Below, in pieces: positions 20,509 to 30,570 of a DNA stretch of 64,000 nt. The notes beneath the pieces are model-generated. The model had not been told where the DNA came from, did no database searches, and saw nothing but the letters and a program-made list of their open reading frames with translations. Source of the DNA: Desulfobacterales bacterium. Its GTDB lineage: Bacteria; Desulfobacterota; Desulfobacteria; Desulfobacterales; UBA5616. The DNA lies in assembly GCA_046483495.1 (NCBI GenBank), contig JAWODC010000088.1, positions 1 to 64,000 of the forward strand, written 5' to 3'. The number at the start of each line of letters is the position of its first letter. Within the stretch, counting starts at the first letter, position 1. The translations under genes were made by a program, and so were the position numbers.

Positions 20509-21147
20509 ATGTCAGAAGATTTTGGTAAGATGGCGGAATTGTTGATATCCGGAAAAGTTGATGCGGTCGCTGAAATGACACAGAATTTTATTGATTCCGG
20601 TGCAGATGCCAAAGAGGTGATGGACAAAGGTTTGATTGCCGGTATGGATGTTGTCGGCCAGCGCTTTAAAACCGGCGAGATGTTTATCCCCGAAGTTCTG
20701 CGGTCGGCAAAAGCAATGAGCGCCGGGATGGAAAAGCTCCGCCCGATTTTGGCAGAAGGCGACGCCAAGATGGCGGGTACGCTTATCATTGGAACGGTAA
20801 AAGGGGATCTGCACGATATCGGTAAAAATCTGGTTGCCATGATGTTTGAAGGTGCGGGTTTTAAAGTTGTTAATCTCGGAATCGATTTGGAACCCGATGC
20901 CTTTGTCAATGCGGTCAAGGAACACAAACCGGATCTGTTGGGAATGTCCGCCCTGTTGACCACTACCATGCCGAAGATGGGTGAAACGATCAACGCACTG
21001 AAGGAAGCGGGGATTCGTGACCAGGTAAAGATTATGATAGGCGGCGCACCCGTTACGGATGAATTCGCAAAAGAAATCGGAGCGGATATTTACGGCGCCA
21101 ATGCCGCCAGCTCCGTCGATAAAGGCAAAGAAGCGTTAGGCCTCTAA
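20509..21147 (+). CDS. Methyltransferase cognate corrinoid protein (MttC/MtgC-like)
   Basis: B12 cap 'EMFIPEVL' plus 'GDLHDIGKNLV', 'MSALLTTT', 'IGGAPV'. Confidence 0.95.
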   Translation: MSEDFGKMAELLISGKVDAVAEMTQNFIDSGADAKEVMDKGLIAGMDVVGQRFKTGEMFIPEVLRSAKAMSAGMEKLRPILAEGDAKMAGTLIIGTVKGDLHDIGKNLVAMMFEGAGFKVVNLGIDLEPDAFVNAVKEHKPDLLGMSALLTTTMPKMGETINALKEAGIRDQVKIMIGGAPVTDEFAKEIGADIYGANAASSVDKGKEALGL

Positions 21148-21305
21148 TCGCAGCATCTGCAGTATACATGCCGTGTTGATCTATACCCCGGCAGCATCGC
21201 CCCGTTGCATTCGGATGAAGTGCTGCCATAAGTGTCGATAGCGATAACAGGCAAACGTTTTGCATCCGTTAACTAAAAAAAATCCGAAGGGATAGGAGAT
21301 ATGCA

Positions 21306-22784
21306 ATGAAGTCGATCATGCCTAATATGGATTTGATGAATCACACCGTCCAGGAAACGCCGGTATTCCGTGTATTGACGGAAGATCAGATCGAGCAGAT
21401 ATACTTTTCCGCTCTCGAAGTTCTAGAACGTGTGGGTTCACGGGTTCATCACGAAGAAGCGTTGGAGTTATTTAGAAACAGCGAAGCGGTTGTATCGGAT
21501 GACAAGCGGGTAAGGGTACCGGTTTCATTGGTGGAGCGGGCCCTGAAAAGCTACCCGGGCAAAATTACCTTAAAGGGCAGGAACGGCATCCGCTCGGTCG
21601 CCCTTCAAAAAGATCACGTTTATTTCGGAACCGGATCGGACCTGCCGTTCACCTATGATCGAAAAACCGGTCAACGGCGAAGAACAATTTACGAAGATAT
21701 CGTCAATGCAGCGCGATTCGTGGATTGCCTGCCGAATTACGATTTTTTCATGTCTCACGGAATCGTCGGTGACGCCCCCAATCCGCTGACGTATGACCGG
21801 CATCAGTTTATGGCCATGCTCGAAGGTTGTGCCAAACCCATGGTCGTCACCAGCGTTGATGGTGAAGGACTCGAGGATTTATGGAGGATGGCCTGCCTGA
21901 TACAGGGCGGCGAGGGCGAATTTCGTTTGAACCCCCTCTTTGTCGCTTATATCGAGCCGATTTCGCCGTTGACGAATGATCAAACGGCGGTCGAAAAATT
22001 ATTGTTTGCCGCTGAGAAGAGTATACCGGCAATGTATACGCCCTGCCCGAGTTCAGGCGCGACAGCGCCGGCGACGATTGCCGGCATGCTCGTTCAGTCT
22101 CTGGCCGAAACACTGCTGGCGGTTGCATTGTGCTACTTGAAAAAACCGGGCATGCCGCTGATCATGGGCGGTGTGACCACCGTTATGGATATGCGAACCA
22201 CCACGTATTCATACGGCGCCCCTGAAATGGCACTGGCCTCAGCCGCAAACACCGACATTTCCAAGTGGTTGGGACTTCTGATGTTTTCAACCGGCGGTTG
22301 CACGGATTCCAAAGTCGTGGATGAACAAGCCGCCATCGAGTGCACGCTGAATCTTTTAACCGCCTATCTTTCCGGCGCCAGCCTCGTACACGACGTCGGC
22401 TATATTGACAGCGGCGTAAATGCATCGTTGGAAAGCTTGGTGATGAACGACGAAATCATCGGAATGGTGCGTCAGGTCGGGAAAGGCATTAATACGGATG
22501 AAAACCACATGGCGCTTCGGGTTATCGATGAGGTCGGCCCAGGCGGTGAATTCGTCACGCACGACCACACATACGATCACTGGAAGGAATGGTTTCTCCC
22601 CAAACGCATGGATCGGACGGACTGGGAAACGTGGAATAACGAAGGAAGTAAAACCATGTCGGATCGCATCAACGAAGAAACCGAGCAGATATTGGATACC
22701 TATACGCCGCTGCCGATCGAGGAAAAACTGCACAAAGAACTCAAACAGATCGTCCGTGATGCAGATAAACGTCATTCCAAATAA
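21306..22784 (+). CDS. Trimethylamine methyltransferase (MttB) superfamily protein 1, non-pyrrolysine
   Basis: 'LTEDQIEQI', 'GATAPATIAG.LVQ..AE', 'MDMRT...YGAPE', 'TDSK..DEQA', 'VGPGGEF'; no in-frame TAG. Confidence 0.92.
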   Translation: MKSIMPNMDLMNHTVQETPVFRVLTEDQIEQIYFSALEVLERVGSRVHHEEALELFRNSEAVVSDDKRVRVPVSLVERALKSYPGKITLKGRNGIRSVALQKDHVYFGTGSDLPFTYDRKTGQRRRTIYEDIVNAARFVDCLPNYDFFMSHGIVGDAPNPLTYDRHQFMAMLEGCAKPMVVTSVDGEGLEDLWRMACLIQGGEGEFRLNPLFVAYIEPISPLTNDQTAVEKLLFAAEKSIPAMYTPCPSSGATAPATIAGMLVQSLAETLLAVALCYLKKPGMPLIMGGVTTVMDMRTTTYSYGAPEMALASAANTDISKWLGLLMFSTGGCTDSKVVDEQAAIECTLNLLTAYLSGASLVHDVGYIDSGVNASLESLVMNDEIIGMVRQVGKGINTDENHMALRVIDEVGPGGEFVTHDHTYDHWKEWFLPKRMDRTDWETWNNEGSKTMSDRINEETEQILDTYTPLPIEEKLHKELKQIVRDADKRHSK

Positions 22785-22838
22785 AAGAAAAGGTGACCTT
22801 TTGCGGAATGGTTTTCAGCATAGAGCAAGGAGACAGCT

Positions 22839-24305
22839 ATGACCTTCAGGACAAATTATACAGTGAATAAAACCCCTCGATTTTCGTTACTCTCAGAAGA
22901 TCAAAAAGACCGCATTTTCCGCGGAGTGATAAAGACCATGAATGATACCGGTGTGAACGTTCATCATGAGAGGGTTCGTGAACTGCTTTCGAACAATCGC
23001 TGCAAAGTAGACGGCGTTCGCGTGCGAATACCGCCGGAAATCGTATTGGATGCACTATCGTCCCTGCCGCCGACCACCACGATTTACAGTTGGGACGGTG
23101 ATGAGGAAATGTGCTATGTGGAAAAAGGACGAAGCTATTTCGGCCCCGGCCCGACCCCCCCGAACTTTATCGATCCGGACACGCTCGAACGGCGTCCGTA
23201 TTTAAGAAAAGACGCCACGACCGTAGCCCGGGTATGCGATGCCCTGCCGAATATCGGGTATGTCCAGTCTCTCGGATCCATCAACGATGTAACGAACGGA
23301 TTGGCCGACGTATACGAATTCGCCGATATGATCCAGAATACGCGAAAGATTAATATGAACTGGTCATTCAATGTCGAAAACCTCAGAGATCAGCATCGCA
23401 TCGGAATCGTGATGGCGGGCAGTGAAGAGGCGTTCAACCGGCGGCCGAATTTCATCCATTACAGTGAACCGATTTCACCTTTGACCAGTGATTTCGATGC
23501 CATCGGCAAATGCCTGTACTGCGCGGAAAACAGGATTCCCCAGGTATACACCCCCTGCAGCATCGGGGGCGCTACGGTTCCCGCAAGCCACGCCGGCCAG
23601 ATCGTTGTGGCAATGGCGGAATCCATGGCCGGGGTTGTCGTCTCACAGCTGGTCAACCCGGGAACCTGCATCATCATCGGCGGTGTTCAATCCATTCTCG
23701 ATATGCGCCGAACCATTTATTCGTACGGTGCACCCGAACTGGGCATCATGAGTGCGATGTACACGGAAATGCTGAACCATGTGGGACTCCCCATGTATTC
23801 GACATCGGGATGCACCGACACCAAAAAAATGGAGCTGCAGTCCGGCATCGAAGCGGCATTTTCAATTCACATGGCCATGTTGAGCGGCGCCAATTTCGTT
23901 CATGACAACGGGTACACCGAATCGGGTATTACCGGCGATGTTTTCCAGACGGTCATGGATGATGAAATAATCGGTATGAGCCGTCTTATCTGCGGCGGGG
24001 TGGAGGTGAACAAAGAAACACTGGCCGTTGAGGAAATATGCAGTGTCGGGCCGGGCGGCCATTATCTGTACGAAGACCACACCATGAAATATTTTCGAAA
24101 ACACTGGCAACCCACGCTGATGGACCGGAACAGCTATGAGGATTGGGATGCCCAGGGACGCCTGACCATGAAGGATCGGATTATCAAGAAAACACGTGAC
24201 ATTATCGAAAACCATGAAGGCCCCGTATCCAAGGTTCCACCCGAAGCAAAAAAAGATATCCAACAGATTTTGGATGAAGCCGAAGAACGGGTCCGAAGCA
24301 ACTGA
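22839..24305 (+). CDS. Trimethylamine methyltransferase (MttB) superfamily protein 2, non-pyrrolysine
   Basis: 'GGATVPASHAGQ', 'LDMRR..YSYGAPE', 'SGCTDTK', 'VGPGGHYL'; no in-frame TAG. Confidence 0.92.
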   Translation: MTFRTNYTVNKTPRFSLLSEDQKDRIFRGVIKTMNDTGVNVHHERVRELLSNNRCKVDGVRVRIPPEIVLDALSSLPPTTTIYSWDGDEEMCYVEKGRSYFGPGPTPPNFIDPDTLERRPYLRKDATTVARVCDALPNIGYVQSLGSINDVTNGLADVYEFADMIQNTRKINMNWSFNVENLRDQHRIGIVMAGSEEAFNRRPNFIHYSEPISPLTSDFDAIGKCLYCAENRIPQVYTPCSIGGATVPASHAGQIVVAMAESMAGVVVSQLVNPGTCIIIGGVQSILDMRRTIYSYGAPELGIMSAMYTEMLNHVGLPMYSTSGCTDTKKMELQSGIEAAFSIHMAMLSGANFVHDNGYTESGITGDVFQTVMDDEIIGMSRLICGGVEVNKETLAVEEICSVGPGGHYLYEDHTMKYFRKHWQPTLMDRNSYEDWDAQGRLTMKDRIIKKTRDIIENHEGPVSKVPPEAKKDIQQILDEAEERVRSN

Positions 24306-24402
24306 CCAGGCATTTAGAAGGATGAAGGACGAATCGACTTTTCCGGTAAAAGAAAGTAGATACAAAGTGGGCATTCACCTTCATTCTTCTCCCGATCATA
24401 AC

Positions 24403-26451
24403 ATGTATGCAAAAGCACAGAACATAACCGGCCGTTTTCAAAAATCATCTCTTTCCGATGATTTGTCCGGAAATTTTGTTGTGGGCATAGACACGGGAGG
24501 CACCTACACCGACGGCGTGCTCATGGATTATCAGACCCGACACGTGATCGCCTCGGGCAAGACGCTGACGACGCGTGGGAATCTGGAAAACGGCGTTATC
24601 GCTGTTTTAAAAAAGTTGAAGATAAAAGATCCCTCCGGAATAAAGCTGGTCGGCATTTCCAGCACGCTTTCGACCAATTCCATTGCCGAAGGCAAGGCCA
24701 GGGAGGTCGGGTTGATTCTGATTGGATATGACCCCGACCTGATCGAATCTTTCCGTCTGGATGCCAATTTTAACACGGCCCACATCGCTTACTTTAAAGG
24801 AGGGCATACATCCCAGGGAGATGAAAAAGAGCCCCTGGATATCGACGCTGTCAAGACGTGGGTAAACCGGTACAAGGACACGGTGGACGCATTTGCCGTT
24901 TCAAGTTACTTCAGCCCCTTAAATTCCTCCCATGAAGAAACCGTATTCCATCTGATCGAAAAATGCTGCGACCTCCCCGTGGTTTTGGGTCATCAGTTGT
25001 CTACGAAACTGGATTCGGTCAAGCGGGCATCCACTGCCTGTTTGAATGCCTCCTTGGTCGCGGTGATGCAGGAATTTATCCTCGCGGTTCAAAAAGCACT
25101 GATCAATCGAAAGATCCGGGCTCCTTTAATGATCGTAAAGGGCGATGGATCGCTGATGCCGCATTCGGAAGCGATTGAAAAACCGGTGGAAACCATCCTG
25201 TCGGGTCCGGCAGCCAGTGCCATGGGAGGCCTTTTCCTTTCCGGAACCGCCGATGCCTTGATGATCGATATCGGCGGCACGACCACGGATATGGCGTTTA
25301 TCAGGAATTCACAAATTATTATATCCGATGAAGGCCCCCGTGTGGGAAATATTGAAACGGCTGTGAAGGCCGCTCGAATTCGTACCATTTGTGTAGGATG
25401 TGACAGCCGGATTCGTATTGACCAGTGGAACACGACACAAGTAGGCCCGGATCGGGTGGTGCCTTTGTCACGGCTGGCATCATACTATCCTTCGGTTCGG
25501 GATAATATCACCGCGCTGGCCAACAGAAATCGGAATACCTGGACCGGCAACGACATTGTCTACTGGTTTCTGAATGAACGGGCTAAACATGAAGGGATAC
25601 CATGTGAAAACCCAAAACACGAAACCGTAATCCGTTTGTTAAAAAAAGGCCCTGTGAGTATGGCACATCTTTTGGCGTCCGTCGGCGTCTATCATGCGGT
25701 CCAGCTGAACGCAGACGACTTGTTGCGCCAGGGCGTGATCGAAGAATCCACACTGACGCCTACAGATTTGCTTCACGCGAACGGAAAGCTGGACAAGTGG
25801 GATGCACAAGTTGCCCGACAGGCCGTGGATTGCGCATGCACGGTTTATGGAAAAGACAAAAAGGTATTTGTCGAAGAAACCCTCGAATCAATTATCGCAT
25901 CGATTGTTGAAGAAGCTATCGTGTTTCTGGCCCGGCAGACGGACGGCCATTTGCCTGAAAACCTTGACGGGGAATGGTCCCGTTGGCTCCTCAACGAGGC
26001 AATCAACGGACGAAACGGTTCGTTATCCGTGAATATCGCCGGCCGTTTTCCGATCATCGGCATCGGCGCGCCCGCAGGTATTTTTATTGAAAAAGTGGCA
26101 AGAGCCCTTAAAGCGCCGTTCATCCTACCGGATCATGCGCACGCTGCGAATGCCGCCGGAGCCGTTGCCGGATCCGTGATCAGTGAAAAGGAGGCCCTGA
26201 TTTATATCAGGGAACGCGGTGATACCCGCACGTATATCGTACAAATAGACGCTTGCCGAACGCATTTTCCCGAATACGGAAAAGCAGCGCAATTTGCAAG
26301 GCAACAGGTCGCCGGAACCGCCCGGGAACGGGCGACTACGGCCGGCGCCGCATCTCCTCTGGTTCATGTGACAACCATGACCGAAGGGTCTGTGGAACGT
26401 ATCAAGGCACGGGCCGTCGGCAACCCGAAACTGCTTGGAACCGTAGATTAA
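24403..26451 (+). CDS. Hydantoinase/oxoprolinase-family (ASKHA-fold) protein
   Basis: 'GIDTGGTYTD', 'STLSTNS', 'ETILSGPAAS', 'IDIGGTTTD', 'TPTDLLH', 'ANAAGA'; start uncertain (24322 or 24403). Confidence 0.88.
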   Translation: MYAKAQNITGRFQKSSLSDDLSGNFVVGIDTGGTYTDGVLMDYQTRHVIASGKTLTTRGNLENGVIAVLKKLKIKDPSGIKLVGISSTLSTNSIAEGKAREVGLILIGYDPDLIESFRLDANFNTAHIAYFKGGHTSQGDEKEPLDIDAVKTWVNRYKDTVDAFAVSSYFSPLNSSHEETVFHLIEKCCDLPVVLGHQLSTKLDSVKRASTACLNASLVAVMQEFILAVQKALINRKIRAPLMIVKGDGSLMPHSEAIEKPVETILSGPAASAMGGLFLSGTADALMIDIGGTTTDMAFIRNSQIIISDEGPRVGNIETAVKAARIRTICVGCDSRIRIDQWNTTQVGPDRVVPLSRLASYYPSVRDNITALANRNRNTWTGNDIVYWFLNERAKHEGIPCENPKHETVIRLLKKGPVSMAHLLASVGVYHAVQLNADDLLRQGVIEESTLTPTDLLHANGKLDKWDAQVARQAVDCACTVYGKDKKVFVEETLESIIASIVEEAIVFLARQTDGHLPENLDGEWSRWLLNEAINGRNGSLSVNIAGRFPIIGIGAPAGIFIEKVARALKAPFILPDHAHAANAAGAVAGSVISEKEALIYIRERGDTRTYIVQIDACRTHFPEYGKAAQFARQQVAGTARERATTAGAASPLVHVTTMTEGSVERIKARAVGNPKLLGTVD

Positions 26452-26510
26452 AAGACGTCCTGTGTATGTGAATCCATCTGCAATCGGGTTACGGAAAAAG
26501 GACATGAGGT

Positions 26511-26972
26511 ATGCAACAGCCACTCGAAGAAAAAATTGCAGCATGCTTGAAAGAAACCGACACAGCCTATGAAACAGTAAAACATCAGCCGGTTTATACG
26601 AATCCGGATATGGCAAAAGCCTTAAAAGTAAAGGAATCCGAAACCGTTAAATCGCTGGTATTGAATACGAAAGAAAATGAGATCATTGTGATGGTGATGC
26701 CCGGAGATAAAAAGGCAAACTGGAAACGCATTGCAGCAGCGGCCGATTCAAAAAAAGTGTCCTTTGCCGAACCTGATGCGGTCAAACAACACATCGGCTG
26801 TGAAGTCGGCTGTGTTCCGCCGTTCGGGCATCTGACCCCGATTCGAATCTTTATGGACAGAGCGTTGATGCGAAATCCTTACGTTTATTTCAACCCCGGC
26901 GTGCACGATAAGTCCTTTAAAATCGCCTCGAAGGATCTTGAAAATTTGTGCCGCCCGATTTTTGTGGAGTAA
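26511..26972 (+). CDS. YbaK/EbsC (aminoacyl-tRNA deacylase) family protein
   Basis: 'VKSLVL' Lys motif, 'GCEVGCVPPFG', 'FNPG'. Confidence 0.85.
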   Translation: MQQPLEEKIAACLKETDTAYETVKHQPVYTNPDMAKALKVKESETVKSLVLNTKENEIIVMVMPGDKKANWKRIAAAADSKKVSFAEPDAVKQHIGCEVGCVPPFGHLTPIRIFMDRALMRNPYVYFNPGVHDKSFKIASKDLENLCRPIFVE

Positions 26973-27037
26973 ACCGCGCCGTCCAACCGGCGGTTTGCGG
27001 AAAAATATTCAAACATTTTCAAAAAAAGAGATCTCAG

Positions 27038-28801
27038 ATGGCAAAGCTCACCATATTCCCGATCGAAAAATCCATATATACGAGACGTAAAGAAACCGTC
27101 AGGGAGGCACTGAATCGCATAGGAGTCGACTTCGAGACCCCGTGCAATGGACAGGGGATCTGTGGAAAATGCATTGTTCGGGTGTCGCCCGCCGATGATG
27201 CACCGGAGACGCCGCATCCGGACATTTCTGAACAGCAGGCTCGAGAAGGGCTGCGGCTGGCATGCCGTCTCGTTCCGCAAAAGGATCTCAACGTATACTT
27301 ATTGTCTGACGATCTCGGGGATGATCATCGCATTCTAACGGGAGCCCGTTATCGTGATGATGATGTAAATGCCCGACATGGATCACATAAACGTAATTTT
27401 TTGCATTCAAAACCCGTCATTGGCATTAAAACCCATCCTGCAGGGCGGGTGGCTGAAAAAAACGGAAAATTTGTTTTTACATACGACGGCATACACCGTG
27501 AAATCGTCATGTCCTGGATGGAAGGGACGTCTGAAAAAGGCCTTGCGATAGACATCGGAACGACGACGTTGGTGGTATCCCTGGTGACGTTGAAAGAGTT
27601 TCGAAAATTATCCACGGCATCCAGCTTAAATCCGCAGATTAAATACGGCCATGATGTCATCAGTCGTATACAGATGGGGTCTACAGAAGAGGGGCTCAAA
27701 GCATTATCCGATATGATCCATGAGGCTCTCAACCTTCTTATCGAAGAGGTGTGTGAAAACGCCGGATCACATCCTCAAGAGATTATCGATGTGGTGATCG
27801 GCGGAAATACCACCATGCTTCAGATTGCTGCAGGAATTGATCCCGCGCCGTTAGGGCGGGTTCCGTTTACAGTCGGAATCGAAGGCGGGCGGACCTATTC
27901 GGCAAAACGCTTCAGGTTAAATGTCAACCCGGTTGCACGTGCGTATGTGCCGCCGGTGGCACATGCCTTCATCGGCGCGGACATCAGTGCCGGACTCCTT
28001 GTTCCCAAGGGTTTTTTCGAATCAGGACGGAATATGTTATTCATCGATATCGGAACCAATGGCGAAATGGGCCTTAGTGTTGACAACCGGTGGTTCGTCA
28101 CATCCACCGCCGCCGGACCCGCGTTCGAAGGAATGGGGGTATCCGGCGGCATGCGCGCCCAAATCGGCGCAGTGGAAGCGGCAAAATTAAAGAATACGTC
28201 AATTACAATCCAAACCATCGGAAATGCGCCTCCAATTGGTATTTGCGGCAGCGGCATCATTGACATCACGGCGGTGCTTTTGAAAGCAGGTGTGATCGAT
28301 GCTTCCGGTCGCATGAGACGGCCGCATGAAAAGGACGAGTTACTTATAGGGCTTTCTGAAAGACTGGTTGAGATCGACAACAAGGCTGCATTTCGAATCG
28401 GCAACGATATCTATTTCACCCAGGAAGATGTCCGGCAGGTGCAACTGGCAAAAAGCGCCATATCTTCGGGTATCGATATTCTCCTGGAAGAAGCCGGAAT
28501 CGAGCCCGATCAGTTGGACCGAATTATTATTGCGGGCGGATTCGGTTTCTCATTGAATCCGGACTCGCTCGAAGCCATCGGCCTGATACCTTCGGGGACG
28601 GGGCCAAAGGTTTATTTTGCCGGAAATACCTGCCTTATCGGATGTGTGCGTCTGTTAAGGAATATCGAATATCGGCGATTTATAGAAAAACAGATGAACC
28701 GGGTATCCCATCTTCCTATAGAATCCCGGCCGGATTTTATGGACAGGTATGTTGAAAATATGGAATTTAAAGCAACGCCGCCTCTGGCATCGGTTGCATA
28801 G
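27038..28801 (+). CDS. Reductive activator of corrinoid proteins (RACo/RamA-like; 2Fe-2S + ASKHA ATPase)
   Basis: 'CNGQGICGKC', 'RLAC', 'AIDIGTTT', 'IDIGTNGE', 'AAGPAFEG', 'GICGSG', 'AGGFG'. Confidence 0.93.
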   Translation: MAKLTIFPIEKSIYTRRKETVREALNRIGVDFETPCNGQGICGKCIVRVSPADDAPETPHPDISEQQAREGLRLACRLVPQKDLNVYLLSDDLGDDHRILTGARYRDDDVNARHGSHKRNFLHSKPVIGIKTHPAGRVAEKNGKFVFTYDGIHREIVMSWMEGTSEKGLAIDIGTTTLVVSLVTLKEFRKLSTASSLNPQIKYGHDVISRIQMGSTEEGLKALSDMIHEALNLLIEEVCENAGSHPQEIIDVVIGGNTTMLQIAAGIDPAPLGRVPFTVGIEGGRTYSAKRFRLNVNPVARAYVPPVAHAFIGADISAGLLVPKGFFESGRNMLFIDIGTNGEMGLSVDNRWFVTSTAAGPAFEGMGVSGGMRAQIGAVEAAKLKNTSITIQTIGNAPPIGICGSGIIDITAVLLKAGVIDASGRMRRPHEKDELLIGLSERLVEIDNKAAFRIGNDIYFTQEDVRQVQLAKSAISSGIDILLEEAGIEPDQLDRIIIAGGFGFSLNPDSLEAIGLIPSGTGPKVYFAGNTCLIGCVRLLRNIEYRRFIEKQMNRVSHLPIESRPDFMDRYVENMEFKATPPLASVA

Positions 28802-28901
28802 CACATCAAAAGAGCTTTAAAAGAGCGGGGTCTGGTTCGGACCAGTTGAGCGGGCCGAATTCTGAAATAGAGCGAAAAAGGGGTTTTCAAAACACCAGGG
28901 A

Positions 28902-29633
28902 ATGGCCGGTTTCTGTATGGAACATGAAAGCAATGAAAAAATTTATCTGCCGAATAAGAACAATCGCAAGCGGGTGGTCATTGCCTGCCGGGTTATGCAG
29001 CGGGAGCTTAATGCGGCAAAAGAAAAGCTCACGCAAACCATTGAAATACGATATCTGAACCAGAATCTGCACCGTACGCCGGATAAAATGCCCGGGGTTA
29101 TTCAGGCGGAAATCGATGCGGTCGCCGATTGTGCGTCGGATATCGTATTGGGCTATGGTTTATGCTCCAACGGAATCGTAGGCGTGTATGCCCCCGCACA
29201 GCCATTGTACGTTCCCAGAGCGCATGATTGTGTTGCTCTGCTGATGGGTTCACGAAAATCCTATGAAAAAGCATTTCGTGAAAACCCCGGGACGTATTAT
29301 TTGTCTCCCGGCTGGATTCTGGAAGAAAAAGATCCCTTGGGGATAATGGAAACGGAATATGCACCCAGAATGGGAAAAAAGGAGGCAGAGTGGGGTATTC
29401 GTGAGGAGCTGAAGCACTATTCCAGAATTGTACTGATCGATACCGGGGTTATGCCACCTGCTTATTTGCAGGAACGTGCCCGTGAAAACGCCCGCTTTCT
29501 GAAAAAGGATTATGGTGAGATAAGCGGCGATCCGATTTTTTTTAAAAAACTCCTTAACGGCCCATACCATCCGGAGGAATTTTTCTGTTATGAGCCGGGC
29601 GAACGGATAAAGCAGCAACCTTTTTTGAAATAA
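28902..29633 (+). CDS. DUF1638 domain protein
   Basis: 'IAC', 'LHRTP', 'LGYGLCSNG', 'PRAHDC', 'GTYYLSPGW'. Confidence 0.87.
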   Translation: MAGFCMEHESNEKIYLPNKNNRKRVVIACRVMQRELNAAKEKLTQTIEIRYLNQNLHRTPDKMPGVIQAEIDAVADCASDIVLGYGLCSNGIVGVYAPAQPLYVPRAHDCVALLMGSRKSYEKAFRENPGTYYLSPGWILEEKDPLGIMETEYAPRMGKKEAEWGIREELKHYSRIVLIDTGVMPPAYLQERARENARFLKKDYGEISGDPIFFKKLLNGPYHPEEFFCYEPGERIKQQPFLK

Positions 29634-29656
29634 ATTTCAAAAGGAGACGGACTCTC

Positions 29657-30451
29657 ATGATCATTGTCGGAGAATTAATCAACTCAAGCCGAAAACAGAT
29701 AAAAGAAGCCATCGAAGTTCAGGACGCCGATACAATCAAAGGCATTGCATCGGACCAGTACGCCAATGGGGCCGATTTCATCGATGTAAACGCGGGCACA
29801 TTCATCGGAAAAGAAGCCGAGTACATGAAATGGCTGGTCACGCGCATTCAGGAGGCCGTGGATGCGCCCTGTTGCATTGACAGCCCTGATCCTGCAGTCA
29901 TTGAGGCCGCCTTGAAAGTGCATAAGGGTACGTCCATGATCAATTCCATTTCCTTGGAAAAAGAACGATGCGATGCGCTTCTGCCGATTTTGGCGGGAAC
30001 GGACTTAAACGTAATCGCGCTTTGCATGAGCGATGAAGGAATGCCGGAAACCAGGCAGGACCGAATAGCCATTGCCGAAAAATTGATCAATAAACTTGTC
30101 AAGAATAACATTGCCCTTGAAAATATCTATGTGGACCCTCTGGTTCAACCGGTTTCTACGAATGATGCATACGGAAAAGAATTTTTAAATGCCGTAGAAG
30201 CCGTGATGAGCGGTTTTCCGGGCGTTCACACCATTTGCGGTCTTTCAAATATTTCCTACGGACTGCCGTTACGAAAACGGATCAATCAAACATTTGTGGT
30301 AATGGCCATTGCAAAAGGGCTGGATGGAGCAATCGTAAACCCCCTGGACAGGCAGATGATGGCAAACATAATCACAGCTGAAATGCTGGCGGCAAAAGAT
30401 GAGTTCTGCATGGCCTATTTAACGGCCTATCGCAATAAAAAGTTCGAATAA
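29657..30451 (+). CDS. Methyltetrahydrofolate:corrinoid methyltransferase (AcsE/MtgA-like pterin-binding)
   Basis: 'IVGELINSSRK', 'IDVNAG', 'CIDS', 'INSIS', 'VDPLV', 'GLSNISYGLP'. Confidence 0.92.
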   Translation: MIIVGELINSSRKQIKEAIEVQDADTIKGIASDQYANGADFIDVNAGTFIGKEAEYMKWLVTRIQEAVDAPCCIDSPDPAVIEAALKVHKGTSMINSISLEKERCDALLPILAGTDLNVIALCMSDEGMPETRQDRIAIAEKLINKLVKNNIALENIYVDPLVQPVSTNDAYGKEFLNAVEAVMSGFPGVHTICGLSNISYGLPLRKRINQTFVVMAIAKGLDGAIVNPLDRQMMANIITAEMLAAKDEFCMAYLTAYRNKKFE

Positions 30452-30570
30452 TAGCGGCTTAGCGCGGGTGACCGTGCAGCGCGACGGCTCACCCGCCAAA
30501 CACCGGATATTTGACCTTTTTCTGATCAGACCTTTTTCTTGATATTATCCAGGTTTGTTTTAAAATAAGT

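Noticed and set aside
21306..24305. Pyrrolysine readthrough in the MttB genes
   Set aside because: Both frames are full length with no internal TAG, and no pyl genes are in the window
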